From Escherichia phage vB_EcoM-RPN242, in the sequence record OL656110.1: a DNA stretch of 64,000 nt; one strand, given 5' to 3'. A model generated the notes under the pieces. It was not told where the DNA came from and did no database searches. It saw only the letters and a program-made list of their open reading frames with translations. Both the position numbers and the translations under genes were made by a program. Positions 42,802-51,700 of the stretch are shown in pieces. The stretch's first letter is position 1, and each line of letters starts with the position of its first letter.

Positions 42802-45012
42802 TCACCGTCTCAGCCATTCTTCCATAGACATACCAGAGCGTTCATCATAAACCTGAATTCCACCGAACCCTGGGATGTTCTCCACAGAGTGAGGATCTGG
42901 CGTCGTCATCATGCCCCCAAATGGTAGCATCTGTGATTCTTCCATCGCAGACAACCGTCCTCTCATATCCACAGAGATATTTGAATTGGTGAGATCACTA
43001 AACCATTCTTGTTTCACCGCCCATGCATACAACACGAGGGGCATTACACAGTCATCATGACAACCATCATCGGCTTCATACCTTGTTCCAGTCCATACGA
43101 ATGTACTGAGTTCATCTATCGTGTCCTGGTCATCTATCACCAGCATTTCACGTTCAATCAGGGCTTTCAGGTTGGCACAGCCGTTTGTGCGCACCTTCTT
43201 GTTGGTATTGATACCAGGCTCAGGACGGCGACCACCGATTCTCTTGCCTGTGCCCTTGGTATCTGTTGTAGTGAAGATGATCTCGGGATATTCAATTTCC
43301 TGGTATAGAATTGTGATTACCTGACCACCCACGTCGTTGTTGGTCTCGACTAGCATCGGGCACGTTCCATACTTCTCGCCCATATCGGCGATTGTGTACG
43401 CATACATCATTGGAGGTATCGTGTTATTTCGATACTTGGCTGCGATCTTGTGAGGATAGTCTGTGATGTCGATAATGGTCAGCACAGAATAATCCCCTTC
43501 GACACCCTTGCCTGTATCTGCGATACCCATATAGATGCGCTTAGGATCGTAGTCGTGATAAATCTTGGTGAACTCGTTCGGCTCCTGATACAGCTTCGAG
43601 GTCATCTTGTCCAGACACTTGGCAGGTATCAGTGATCCCACAGAACCACGGAACTTAATGCCAAATTCTTGATCGAAACGTGCATCACCCAGCTTCGCCC
43701 TTTGTTTGGATTCCCAGTCTGGATCTTTGGTGTACGTTGGAACACGATACCATGGGACCTCGGTGAGTTTGAAGTCGTTGTATTGTGGGTGTTCTGGGTT
43801 CGCCTTGGTGACGATGTCGTAGAACAACCCGCGCTGACCTTTCGGCGTACTGGTCAGAATACAACGTGAAGTCTCTGCAGATGCAATCGCCGGGAATGTA
43901 GACTCCCAGAATTCAAAGTCGTTTTCAATGAACGCCACTTCGTCCACATACAGGAGCGATACAGATCGACCACGGATGGAGTCGGAAGATGTCGCATAGG
44001 CGTAGATCTTTGATCCGTTTTCGAACTCTATCAGCGTGGAACCGAACTTCTCACAACCCTGTTGGAGGAAGAATGGCAAATCTTGATATGCTTTGCGAAT
44101 ACGATCTAGGATTTCAATCGCCTGCTTCTCTTTGTTCGCCAGTACTGCGATCTCTTTGTCGGAGTGGAACATCGCATACCAGAGCAGGAACGCTGCCACG
44201 ACAGTCGTGTTGTGGCTGAGGAAGCCGTTGGTGTAGTAGCGCTGATCACTAGATTTCACCTGTAGGTCATACATGTGATGCGTCTCACCAGTCTGCCAAA
44301 CCTCACGGATTTCTTCTGGACCTTCTGACGTCATGATGTATGACCCAGCATTCAGGTCTTTGGCAAATATCTCCTTCATTTCCGGAGTGAAGAATATATG
44401 TTCGTCGGCCACGTTAATTCGCCGCCCAGTAACAGTCACAATAACGAATTCCGCATATTTCTTCGTCTTATGCGCTGCGATAACCGGAACCCAGCCACTA
44501 TCGGATTGCACAAAGTAACGCTTGCCGAAGCGGCTGTCCACGAACTTGTCATGGTTGCCAATGGTATTCAGCGGCACGGCGTGATTGACGTCCTCGAAGC
44601 GACTGTGAAGCTCCCCTATGGTCAGGAGCAACTGCTCTTGGCTGAGAGTATCGTAAACTGTGACAAGCGTGTCACCTTTTACACATTTCCCAGACTGACG
44701 AGCCTGGACGACCGCATTGAATCGATAGTCCTGGAAGTCATGGAACAACTGCTTCTGGTAATCGTGCATGTCAAAGAGGATGAAGCCTTTATCGATGGTC
44801 GTGATCTTGTAGTAGTTGGCGGCGAAGTAATGGGCGTCCATCGCGCACTCGACGAACTCCGATTCTTGTTCGTCGGTTAGCATCAACTCCACACGAGGTG
44901 CACGCACAGACGGCTTGCGCATGAACGTTTGGTCCATACGCAGTCTGACGTCTTCTGTCTTAAACCCCGTCTTGAGCGGGGCGTATTCTACATCACGCTT
45001 CTGATACGCCAT
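42802..45012 (-). CDS. 17: terminase large subunit (T4 gp17-like) interrupted by a mini-intein
   Basis: Extein sequence QARQSGK|TTVVAAFLLWYAMF...YVDEVAFI aligns with T4 gp17 SRQLGKTTVVAIFLAHF...YIDECAFI. Start taken at the ATG with SD GGAGAAGG. Confidence 0.85.
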   Translation of the reverse strand: MAYQKRDVEYAPLKTGFKTEDVRLRMDQTFMRKPSVRAPRVELMLTDEQESEFVECAMDAHYFAANYYKITTIDKGFILFDMHDYQKQLFHDFQDYRFNAVVQARQSGKCVKGDTLVTVYDTLSQEQLLLTIGELHSRFEDVNHAVPLNTIGNHDKFVDSRFGKRYFVQSDSGWVPVIAAHKTKKYAEFVIVTVTGRRINVADEHIFFTPEMKEIFAKDLNAGSYIMTSEGPEEIREVWQTGETHHMYDLQVKSSDQRYYTNGFLSHNTTVVAAFLLWYAMFHSDKEIAVLANKEKQAIEILDRIRKAYQDLPFFLQQGCEKFGSTLIEFENGSKIYAYATSSDSIRGRSVSLLYVDEVAFIENDFEFWESTFPAIASAETSRCILTSTPKGQRGLFYDIVTKANPEHPQYNDFKLTEVPWYRVPTYTKDPDWESKQRAKLGDARFDQEFGIKFRGSVGSLIPAKCLDKMTSKLYQEPNEFTKIYHDYDPKRIYMGIADTGKGVEGDYSVLTIIDITDYPHKIAAKYRNNTIPPMMYAYTIADMGEKYGTCPMLVETNNDVGGQVITILYQEIEYPEIIFTTTDTKGTGKRIGGRRPEPGINTNKKVRTNGCANLKALIEREMLVIDDQDTIDELSTFVWTGTRYEADDGCHDDCVMPLVLYAWAVKQEWFSDLTNSNISVDMRGRLSAMEESQMLPFGGMMTTPDPHSVENIPGFGGIQVYDERSGMSMEEWLRR
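44209..44685 (-). mobile_element. mini-intein (159 aa) inserted in the terminase Walker A P-loop
   Basis: Insert begins with Cys (CVKGDTLV), ends ...YTNGFLSHN and is followed by Thr. Excising it restores SGKTTVVA. Blocks A and F/G are present; there is no endonuclease-sized central domain. Confidence 0.8.
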
Positions 45013-45694
45013 CGTCTTCACCTTCTCCATTCGGCTCTGCCTGAACGTCGATTACATCTTCTTCGGGATCAGGTCCTTTGGGCGCAGCTTTCGCTGCAGC
45101 ACGTTCTTCAGCACGTTTACGGGCGTCTTCGATGGTCTTCAGTAGATCACGGGAAGACCTGGCCTGTTTACCGACGTTGACCGTGGTTGTGCCATCAGGG
45201 GACGTGGTGACCTCGACGGTTGTTTCGTCTCCAGGAGGTGGCTCTCTGTCGCCCGTGACCGCCTTGATAGTTTTCTGGTTCTCCATCAGGTCTTTGTTCA
45301 GGCCGCGCATGAGTTCACCCAACTCTTTGAAGACTGTGAAGGCACGGGGTGCTTCAGTCGTCGTCGCGAGTTTGGCTGCCTGTCCCATCATGAACATCGT
45401 GGCTTCCTGCATGGCATAAGTCGTGTCACGGATGCGTTTGTAGTCGGTGGTGGCATCAGTGTCTTCGAAGTCTGGAACCTTAGACTCCTTGGGCTTCAGC
45501 TCTTCTGGGTCCAATGAAGGAGGAAACACCACAGGCTCATACCCCGCAGGCTTTTCACCCAACCATTCGCCTGTATCCGGATCGTAATTTTTTCCGGCCA
45601 TAGGCGAGGTCTTCTCCATGACTTCTTGAGCGACCTCATCCCGCGCTTGGATAGCACTGAGGGTGGATAATAGGCGTTCTGACATAGCACTCAT
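44993..45694 (-). CDS. putative terminase small subunit (gp16-like by position)
   Basis: 233 aa from the ATG with SD GGAGA; immediately upstream of and overlapping the large subunit gene. Confidence 0.5.
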   Translation of the reverse strand: MSAMSERLLSTLSAIQARDEVAQEVMEKTSPMAGKNYDPDTGEWLGEKPAGYEPVVFPPSLDPEELKPKESKVPDFEDTDATTDYKRIRDTTYAMQEATMFMMGQAAKLATTTEAPRAFTVFKELGELMRGLNKDLMENQKTIKAVTGDREPPPGDETTVEVTTSPDGTTTVNVGKQARSSRDLLKTIEDARKRAEERAAAKAAPKGPDPEEDVIDVQAEPNGEGEDDGVSEA

Positions 45695-45696
45695 AA

Positions 45697-46392
45697 TCAA
45701 TCTCCAGGATGATGTACACCGTCTTTGTCAACACGGAACCACTCCGGCAGTTCCGTCCACGGTGTTTTCAAATCATTAGACATTTCGATAATTATCTCTT
45801 TGATCCCGTTAGGATCCCCGCCTCCCTCGTTGTCCACCCAATAGTCATACCCGTAGATGAAGCCGCTCAGCTGGAACATGAAGGAGCAGTCGACGTGTGG
45901 TGAATCAGAAGCATCCCCTTCCCAGTTATCGGACATCTGGTGGCTGATCAGTTGGATCTTGATCTTCTGGTCTTGCTGTAGTGTATCGTTGTCCTTGATA
46001 CCACAGTCTAGAGAGGGAGTGAATACCGAATAAACCTGCTCTAGCACCTGTAACATCTCAACCAATTTCTTGGTTCGGATATTGTACTCAAAATCGATAA
46101 TCAGGGGGATTCGCTGCTTCGCCCCTGCTGTTGGTGTCGATTGTCGATTGTGGTACGTCTTCGTCACCTGTTTGTTGATCTCAAACTGGCCAAAAGAGAA
46201 TGTCGCAAATGGAAGCATGTTGGACGGCACGTTCCTGTTGAGGTCATTGCGTCTCCCGATGGCCATGTGTAATGGGACTTCCATAAGACCACGCTCTGTG
46301 TTCACCTTCAGATCAGACATAATGGTGGCAAACAGATTGATGTATTTCATCAATGAATCATGGTAGAAGTAATTTTCAAATGGTCTGGCCAT
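45697..46392 (-). CDS. 15: tail sheath stabiliser / completion protein (T4 gp15-like)
   Basis: N-terminus MARPFENYFYHDSLMKYINLFATIMSDL parallels T4 gp15 MFGYFYNSSFRRYATLMGDLFSNI; SD TGGAGAA. Confidence 0.65.
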   Translation of the reverse strand: MARPFENYFYHDSLMKYINLFATIMSDLKVNTERGLMEVPLHMAIGRRNDLNRNVPSNMLPFATFSFGQFEINKQVTKTYHNRQSTPTAGAKQRIPLIIDFEYNIRTKKLVEMLQVLEQVYSVFTPSLDCGIKDNDTLQQDQKIKIQLISHQMSDNWEGDASDSPHVDCSFMFQLSGFIYGYDYWVDNEGGGDPNGIKEIIIEMSNDLKTPWTELPEWFRVDKDGVHHPGD

Positions 46393-46394
46393 GA

Positions 46395-47045
46395 TTATTC
46401 TCCAAAGTCGATCTTCATATTGTCTGTTGCAAGCCCCTTCTCAAGATCATCTGCTAAAGCATTGTCGGTCTGCAGAGAAGAATCCTTGTACACGTCCGGT
46501 TCGTTCTCTTCGTCCAAGATGGACAGACGTTTGTCGATATCGTCGATCTCCGGAACGCCCGTATCGAAGTTTTCGTTGCCGTACTGGAACAACGTGCACG
46601 GCAGAGAGAACGTATACCATTTGCCAAATTGCATGAAGTCTTCATCGTTGTTCGGGTTGTTGACCTTGAAGATCTTGTTCGCCAGTGGTAGATAGATCAG
46701 GTCACCTTCCTGAGGTTGTTGTTCAAACCCAACACCGTTGCCTATCACCTCGGCAAATCGGCGGCGCGAGATAGAGAACGTCACTTCGTCTTGCAATTGG
46801 ATACCCCCAAACTTCTCCCACATCTGGGTGTTGAAGCCCTGATAATCCTGCATGTACGCTTCGATGTCGAACGCCTGGTCGAATCTGTGGTTAGCGTCGT
46901 TGGTGATAGGAAATTTTTCAACGATGGAACGGGGTATATACTTGATGTCTATCCCGCGCAACTCAATCATTTCCTGTACCAAATCTTCAATCAGCTTCTG
47001 TGTGCCTTGGTGATTGGTGGCGTTGAAATATTTAGAAGTGGCCAT
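46395..47045 (-). CDS. neck protein (gp14-like by synteny)
   Basis: 216-aa ORF between the gp15-like and gp13-like genes; SD GAGGG; CTAAATACC motif upstream. Confidence 0.5.
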   Translation of the reverse strand: MATSKYFNATNHQGTQKLIEDLVQEMIELRGIDIKYIPRSIVEKFPITNDANHRFDQAFDIEAYMQDYQGFNTQMWEKFGGIQLQDEVTFSISRRRFAEVIGNGVGFEQQPQEGDLIYLPLANKIFKVNNPNNDEDFMQFGKWYTFSLPCTLFQYGNENFDTGVPEIDDIDKRLSILDEENEPDVYKDSSLQTDNALADDLEKGLATDNMKIDFGE

Positions 47046-47068
47046 ATCAATACCCTCAATTTTGAAGG

Positions 47069-47075
47069 TATTTAG
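47069..47075 (-). promoter_or_regulatory. late-promoter-like motif CTAAATACC upstream of neck gene
   Basis: About 24 nt upstream of ATG 47045. Confidence 0.45.
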
Positions 47076-47104
47076 TCGAAGTTTATTCTTTTGAGGAATA
47101 GCTC

Positions 47105-47317
47105 ATGCAAGTGGAAGACATCAAAGAAGTTCGCAGCGGTCGTCGCGTCCGAATCATCTGTGTGGACGCCAAGATTGGAGGTGGTGATTACGACATCGTC
47201 GGTCTGGTGAAAGAAGTAGATGGCACAGACTTCATTGAATGGTGGAACTCCAAAGACAAGACAGAAGACGGTCTGCTGCGTGGTAGTGGCAACGGAAACC
47301 TGGATTTGAAAATCTAA
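47105..47317 (+). CDS. hypothetical small protein (plus strand)
   Basis: 70 aa with SD GAGGAA 7 nt upstream; followed by a 12-bp-stem bidirectional terminator. Confidence 0.5.
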   Translation: MQVEDIKEVRSGRRVRIICVDAKIGGGDYDIVGLVKEVDGTDFIEWWNSKDKTEDGLLRGSGNGNLDLKI

Positions 47318-47350
47318 AAGAAGGGCGGGAACCCGCCCTTCTTTTACCCC
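47305..47350. terminator. bidirectional terminator between convergent genes
   Basis: 12-bp stem AAGAAGGGCGGG/CCCGCCCTTCTT with T-runs on both strands. Confidence 0.65.
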
Positions 47351-48096
47351 ATGTAGAAGTCGATAGGGTACTGCTGACCAGTACGCAATTCTTCCTCTAA
47401 ACGCTCGATCTCCGCTTCAGCCTCACTGAACATACTATCGCCATCCAGCTCGATACCGCCAGGGAGACGGATGCCTCTTGCCTTCTTGAGCACTTCTGCC
47501 CAGCGGCGCTTGACCAACGCAGTTGCATATGCCTTCAGCCACATATCATTCCATGCTTCTTCATTACCCTCAACCTCTGGGTCGATGTTCTGGAAGCATT
47601 TGAACGCCAACACCTCGTCCTTTGTCAGGGCGAATTGTGGGTAGAGTTTGCGCTGGAATTTCTTGTAAACGAAGGTGCGTTTCACGTTCAGCACACTGGT
47701 GATGTCAGACAAACGCTGTTGCATTGAAACATAGTCGACCAAGCGGATGGAAACGAGGGCGGCCTTTGGTACCAACATGGCTTGGGCCATCTGCCATTGA
47801 GGGGTTGCCCAGTTACCGATCGATTCAATCGGAGGGCCAACGATGACTTCAACCACGTCGTCGATGTCTTTGGGGAATTCGATGTAACCGTTGGTGATAG
47901 TTTCTTCAGTCACCTGGTGAACAAAGAATGCGTCCTGACTGCCATCACGATGATACTCCCAAAACTTCTGTAGAGCATCGTCTACAGCATCCGAAACTTG
48001 CGTTGGGTCAAGGTTGATCTGAATTACAGGTGCCCCCAATTTCTTGAGAATGTAATTCATAAATCCTTTACGATCAACAATAGAATTAACGGCCAT
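47344..48096 (-). CDS. 13: neck protein (T4 gp13-like)
   Basis: MNYILKKLGAPVIQINLDPTQV...EYHRDG parallels T4 gp13 [22 protein letters not shown]...EYHFDG; C-terminal LPGG motif also shared. Confidence 0.75.
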   Translation of the reverse strand: MAVNSIVDRKGFMNYILKKLGAPVIQINLDPTQVSDAVDDALQKFWEYHRDGSQDAFFVHQVTEETITNGYIEFPKDIDDVVEVIVGPPIESIGNWATPQWQMAQAMLVPKAALVSIRLVDYVSMQQRLSDITSVLNVKRTFVYKKFQRKLYPQFALTKDEVLAFKCFQNIDPEVEGNEEAWNDMWLKAYATALVKRRWAEVLKKARGIRLPGGIELDGDSMFSEAEAEIERLEEELRTGQQYPIDFYMG

Positions 48097-48424
48097 TGCC
48101 ATTCCCCTTGTTGCTCTGGATATCAGCGACGGTGATACGTAAAGTGCGAACGTCATCGGATAGACTGTTGCTATTGAGTTTCAACTCAGCAACGTTCTGC
48201 TTGACGTAGTTAACGTCTGTGTTTAACACAGCAATCTTCTCATTCATATCGTTCACCTTGGTGAGGATTAGGTTGACCTTGTTGGAGTCACGCTCAACCA
48301 CATCAAGGCGATTCTCAAATTTACCCATCATCCAAACAACCGAGCCAACAGAGACTATCGTCGCCGTCAGCACCCCGGTGAGGATCGCTTTCACATCGAT
48401 CACAGTGTCAGTTTGGGCTGCCAT
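48086..48424 (-). CDS. membrane-anchored coiled-coil protein
   Basis: 112 aa from the ATG with SD AGGAGG; N-terminal TM helix ILTGVLTATIVSVGSVVWMM followed by coiled-coil. Confidence 0.5.
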   Translation of the reverse strand: MAAQTDTVIDVKAILTGVLTATIVSVGSVVWMMGKFENRLDVVERDSNKVNLILTKVNDMNEKIAVLNTDVNYVKQNVAELKLNSNSLSDDVRTLRITVADIQSNKGNGNGR

Positions 48425-48656
48425 CTTGGCCTCCTGACGGGAGTTCAATCCCGAGGTGTTCCGCCATGAGTTGTACCATCGCTGTCAGTTGATCTATTTG
48501 CGCTGCCTGCGCTGCAATAGTTCTGTCCTTTTCTTCCTGATTTCGACGAGCGTTCAATGCTGCCAAACCGGCAGCATTGTCTGTGCAGATGATAGCCCCA
48601 GGGCAAGAGCTACTTCTCATCATCGATGCATGCCCTTGTACTTTTACACCACGCAT
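48408..48656 (-). CDS. hypothetical small protein
   Basis: 82-aa ORF with SD AGAGGA 8 nt upstream. Confidence 0.45.
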   Translation of the reverse strand: MRGVKVQGHASMMRSSSCPGAIICTDNAAGLAALNARRNQEEKDRTIAAQAAQIDQLTAMVQLMAEHLGIELPSGGQDGSPN

Positions 48657-48705
48657 GATAATATCCTCTGTTAATGGCGGGGCAACCCCGCCTTGTTAAT
48701 ACTAC

Positions 48706-51700
48706 TTATGCCAGAGCAATCAAACGGAAATCTTTGAATGACGGCGGTGCTATGCGGTTGCCTCTGACCAGCAGGCGGATCTTCAGACCAACGAAAGGAT
48801 TGGTGCTGTCTACAGTCTTGTCATACTCATATTCGAAGAATGCAGAACCGTCATTGACCAGAGGGGATGTCGGTGTCACAGTTTCCCATGCCACATTATC
48901 CATCTCCTGACCTGCGCGCAGCAGTTTAACCTGCACAGTCATTGAAGACTGAGAAGGTAGCATCGCGCCGAAGTATTGCTTCAGAGTGGTGCAAGGGTTA
49001 TCGAATCCGATATCCTTGGTCACATAGCTGAACACATCTTCAAACGGATCCACACCGTAGGTGTTGAAGATGATAGTGAAATCATCACCGTCGATCATTG
49101 GAGCCGTGTAGACATTACTCTCGTTGCGAGTCATGGTTGCACGAACCTGGAAGTCGCCCACCTGACGATAGATACCTTCCGTCGGCAGAGACACGTCCGT
49201 ATCGGATTCGAACTCAACCCAATCAGAGAATGAGTTGGAGGTCGCATCGCGATAGCGGTATTCCAGTTTCAATACAGATCCTTCTAGGGCTGAATTGGTG
49301 ACGCTTGCGTAGAACATGTCTACCAAGTAGTTGCCTAGGAAAGAAGCCGCTTCACCACCAATCTGACCGTCGGAGTCGGCGTTGGAACTCAGAACGAATT
49401 TGAACGTCGTGAACGTCGCATCAGTCACAGTGTGTTGAGCGTTCAGTTGCTCAGGAGTGAAACCGCAACCACCCGTCAACCCAGACAGAGTAACACTTTC
49501 ACCCGCAGTCAGGCCATGCCCCGGAGCGTACACAGTAACAGTTGAAGAACCGTTGACACATTTCACGGTGTTCAGACCCAGAGGGCGGATCTTCGGACCG
49601 ACTTTAGCATCGAAGGTCACGATGTTTGAACCAGCGGAGAAGTTACAGCGATACACACGGAACTTCATATCGGCAGTCTGGTTTGGAGTCCAGGTCGTAC
49701 CATTTGAAGATGTGAAGAACACGCCAGTGTACGGCTGTTTGGCAATGAACTCGTTGGTCAGCAAGTTCTTCTTACCCATCTCTGCGATGTATGCGTTGTA
49801 GTCCTGAGTGTTGGCCAAGAGAACAATCGCGAACTCAGTCTGCGCCTGCAGATACACAGGATAATCAAACTTGAACATCGTCGGCACAGAAGAGTCTGTG
49901 GAGATGGAAACTTCTGATGGATTCAGAGTCTTACGAGTGACGACAGTCGTCGCTGGCAGACCATTGCTCATCTCACGGATTTCCAGAGTGATCGGGATAT
50001 CACGGGACTTGGTAGAGAAGAACACTTCAATACCTTCGATGTATTCGCCGCCGATATTGGTGGCAACCATGAAGGACTGGGCGATAGGATCTTTCCACTT
50101 CGCGACTTCAACCGTCTCTGTTTTGTTTTCCGTAGACTTGGTCGCAGTGTATCCCAGGACGCGAGTGTTGACATAAGTCTTCTGGATGCCCTGTTTCTTG
50201 CCGAAGGACTTATGAACAGCCTCGGCATTGGTCAGGGTATCATCAGCAGACTTGCTATCCACAGGACTGTCAGTCAGACGGAAGACGTTGTCGCCCGTGT
50301 TAAACTTGATAGTCTCGTTCTGAGGAACCGCAAACACACCTTTGATGTTACCGTTGGCATCAGTGTTCAACGCACCACCCAGTACACCACCGTTTGGGGT
50401 ACAGTACGCGCTCACATCACGCCCAGAGAAGAACGGATACACACGAGTAAATGGACGCAGGCCTGTGGCTTCGAAGTTGATGTTCGTTTTGCGCATGTAT
50501 GGGATAACCTGCGTTTCAACGATCTGCTCGCCAGTCAGGGTAGTGGTCGTCTTGTCGGTGTACGTGTACGTGGTGACGTCACGGGTAGACACAGTCGTGC
50601 GGTAGCGATAGCCCCACCATACACCACCTGCACCATGCGGTTCCCACACACGCTCAGACACAGACACAGTACGCCATGTGCCATACACAGAACCTTCTTT
50701 GATCGCACCACGGGTGTTGATCGTTTCGTTGACCACACGTGGGGTGACATAGTAGTTCTCAAACCAGTAATCAGTAGTTGGGTTCAGCTTCAAGAAACCT
50801 TCCCAGTTGAACACCGCATACGGGTTCACGTTGATGGTCGTGGTTGCATAGTCCTGGCGGACAGAGATCTCACGGGTGTAGTTGCATACAACCATGCCAT
50901 CCTGAACGTTGTTCCAACCGACTGGCGTCAGGTCAATCGCGTTCTGCTGAACAAACGGGCGTAGGCGACCATTGTCAGTGTCGATTGAACCCACCCAGTC
51001 TGCAGACAAATCGTCGATCAGACGGAAGTCTTTGAACGGGTCTGCTGCGATACCGTTCTTGAAGCGCGGGTTGCCAGTAATTGGATCGAACACCTGTTGT
51101 GACATCGCCGAGGATTCCAGCTGAGACAGTGAGGTGTAATATTCGACATTGGAGATACGGGTCTCCAGTTTACCGATATCGCGCATCGTGTAGCGGCGGT
51201 TGTCGATAGTACGAATCTGGATGTCGTCAATGTTGGCCGTGTATGGTGGGATCATCAATTCATACAGGCGCATGCCGTTGTCTGGGATCGCAGGGGAAGC
51301 CAGGTTGTTGGAACTCACACCACGAGCAACGTTGAACACGCCGTTGTCTGCCAGATACACAGCATCAATACGAGGCAGATAGTACTCTGCATCTAGGATG
51401 ATCGCGGTGTTCGGGCGAACCATGTCCGTGTCAGACGCTCCGCTGGTGATCTTGGGACGGAAGTCCAGACTGTCGGCCAACCCATACACAGTACCAGAAC
51501 TGGATGAAACATAGTTCGGGATGTCTGGGTAGTTGATGGACGAATAGGAGTCCGCTGTGAAGAAATCACCAGAGCTGTGAGCGAAATACTGATACACCAC
51601 CGTGAACGTCCCTGAAATGGCTCCTGTGGACGATATGAGGTTAGAAAGGTAGTATGCAGCATCACGCTGACCGCCGTCCAGAGTGAAGTTAGAGGTGACG

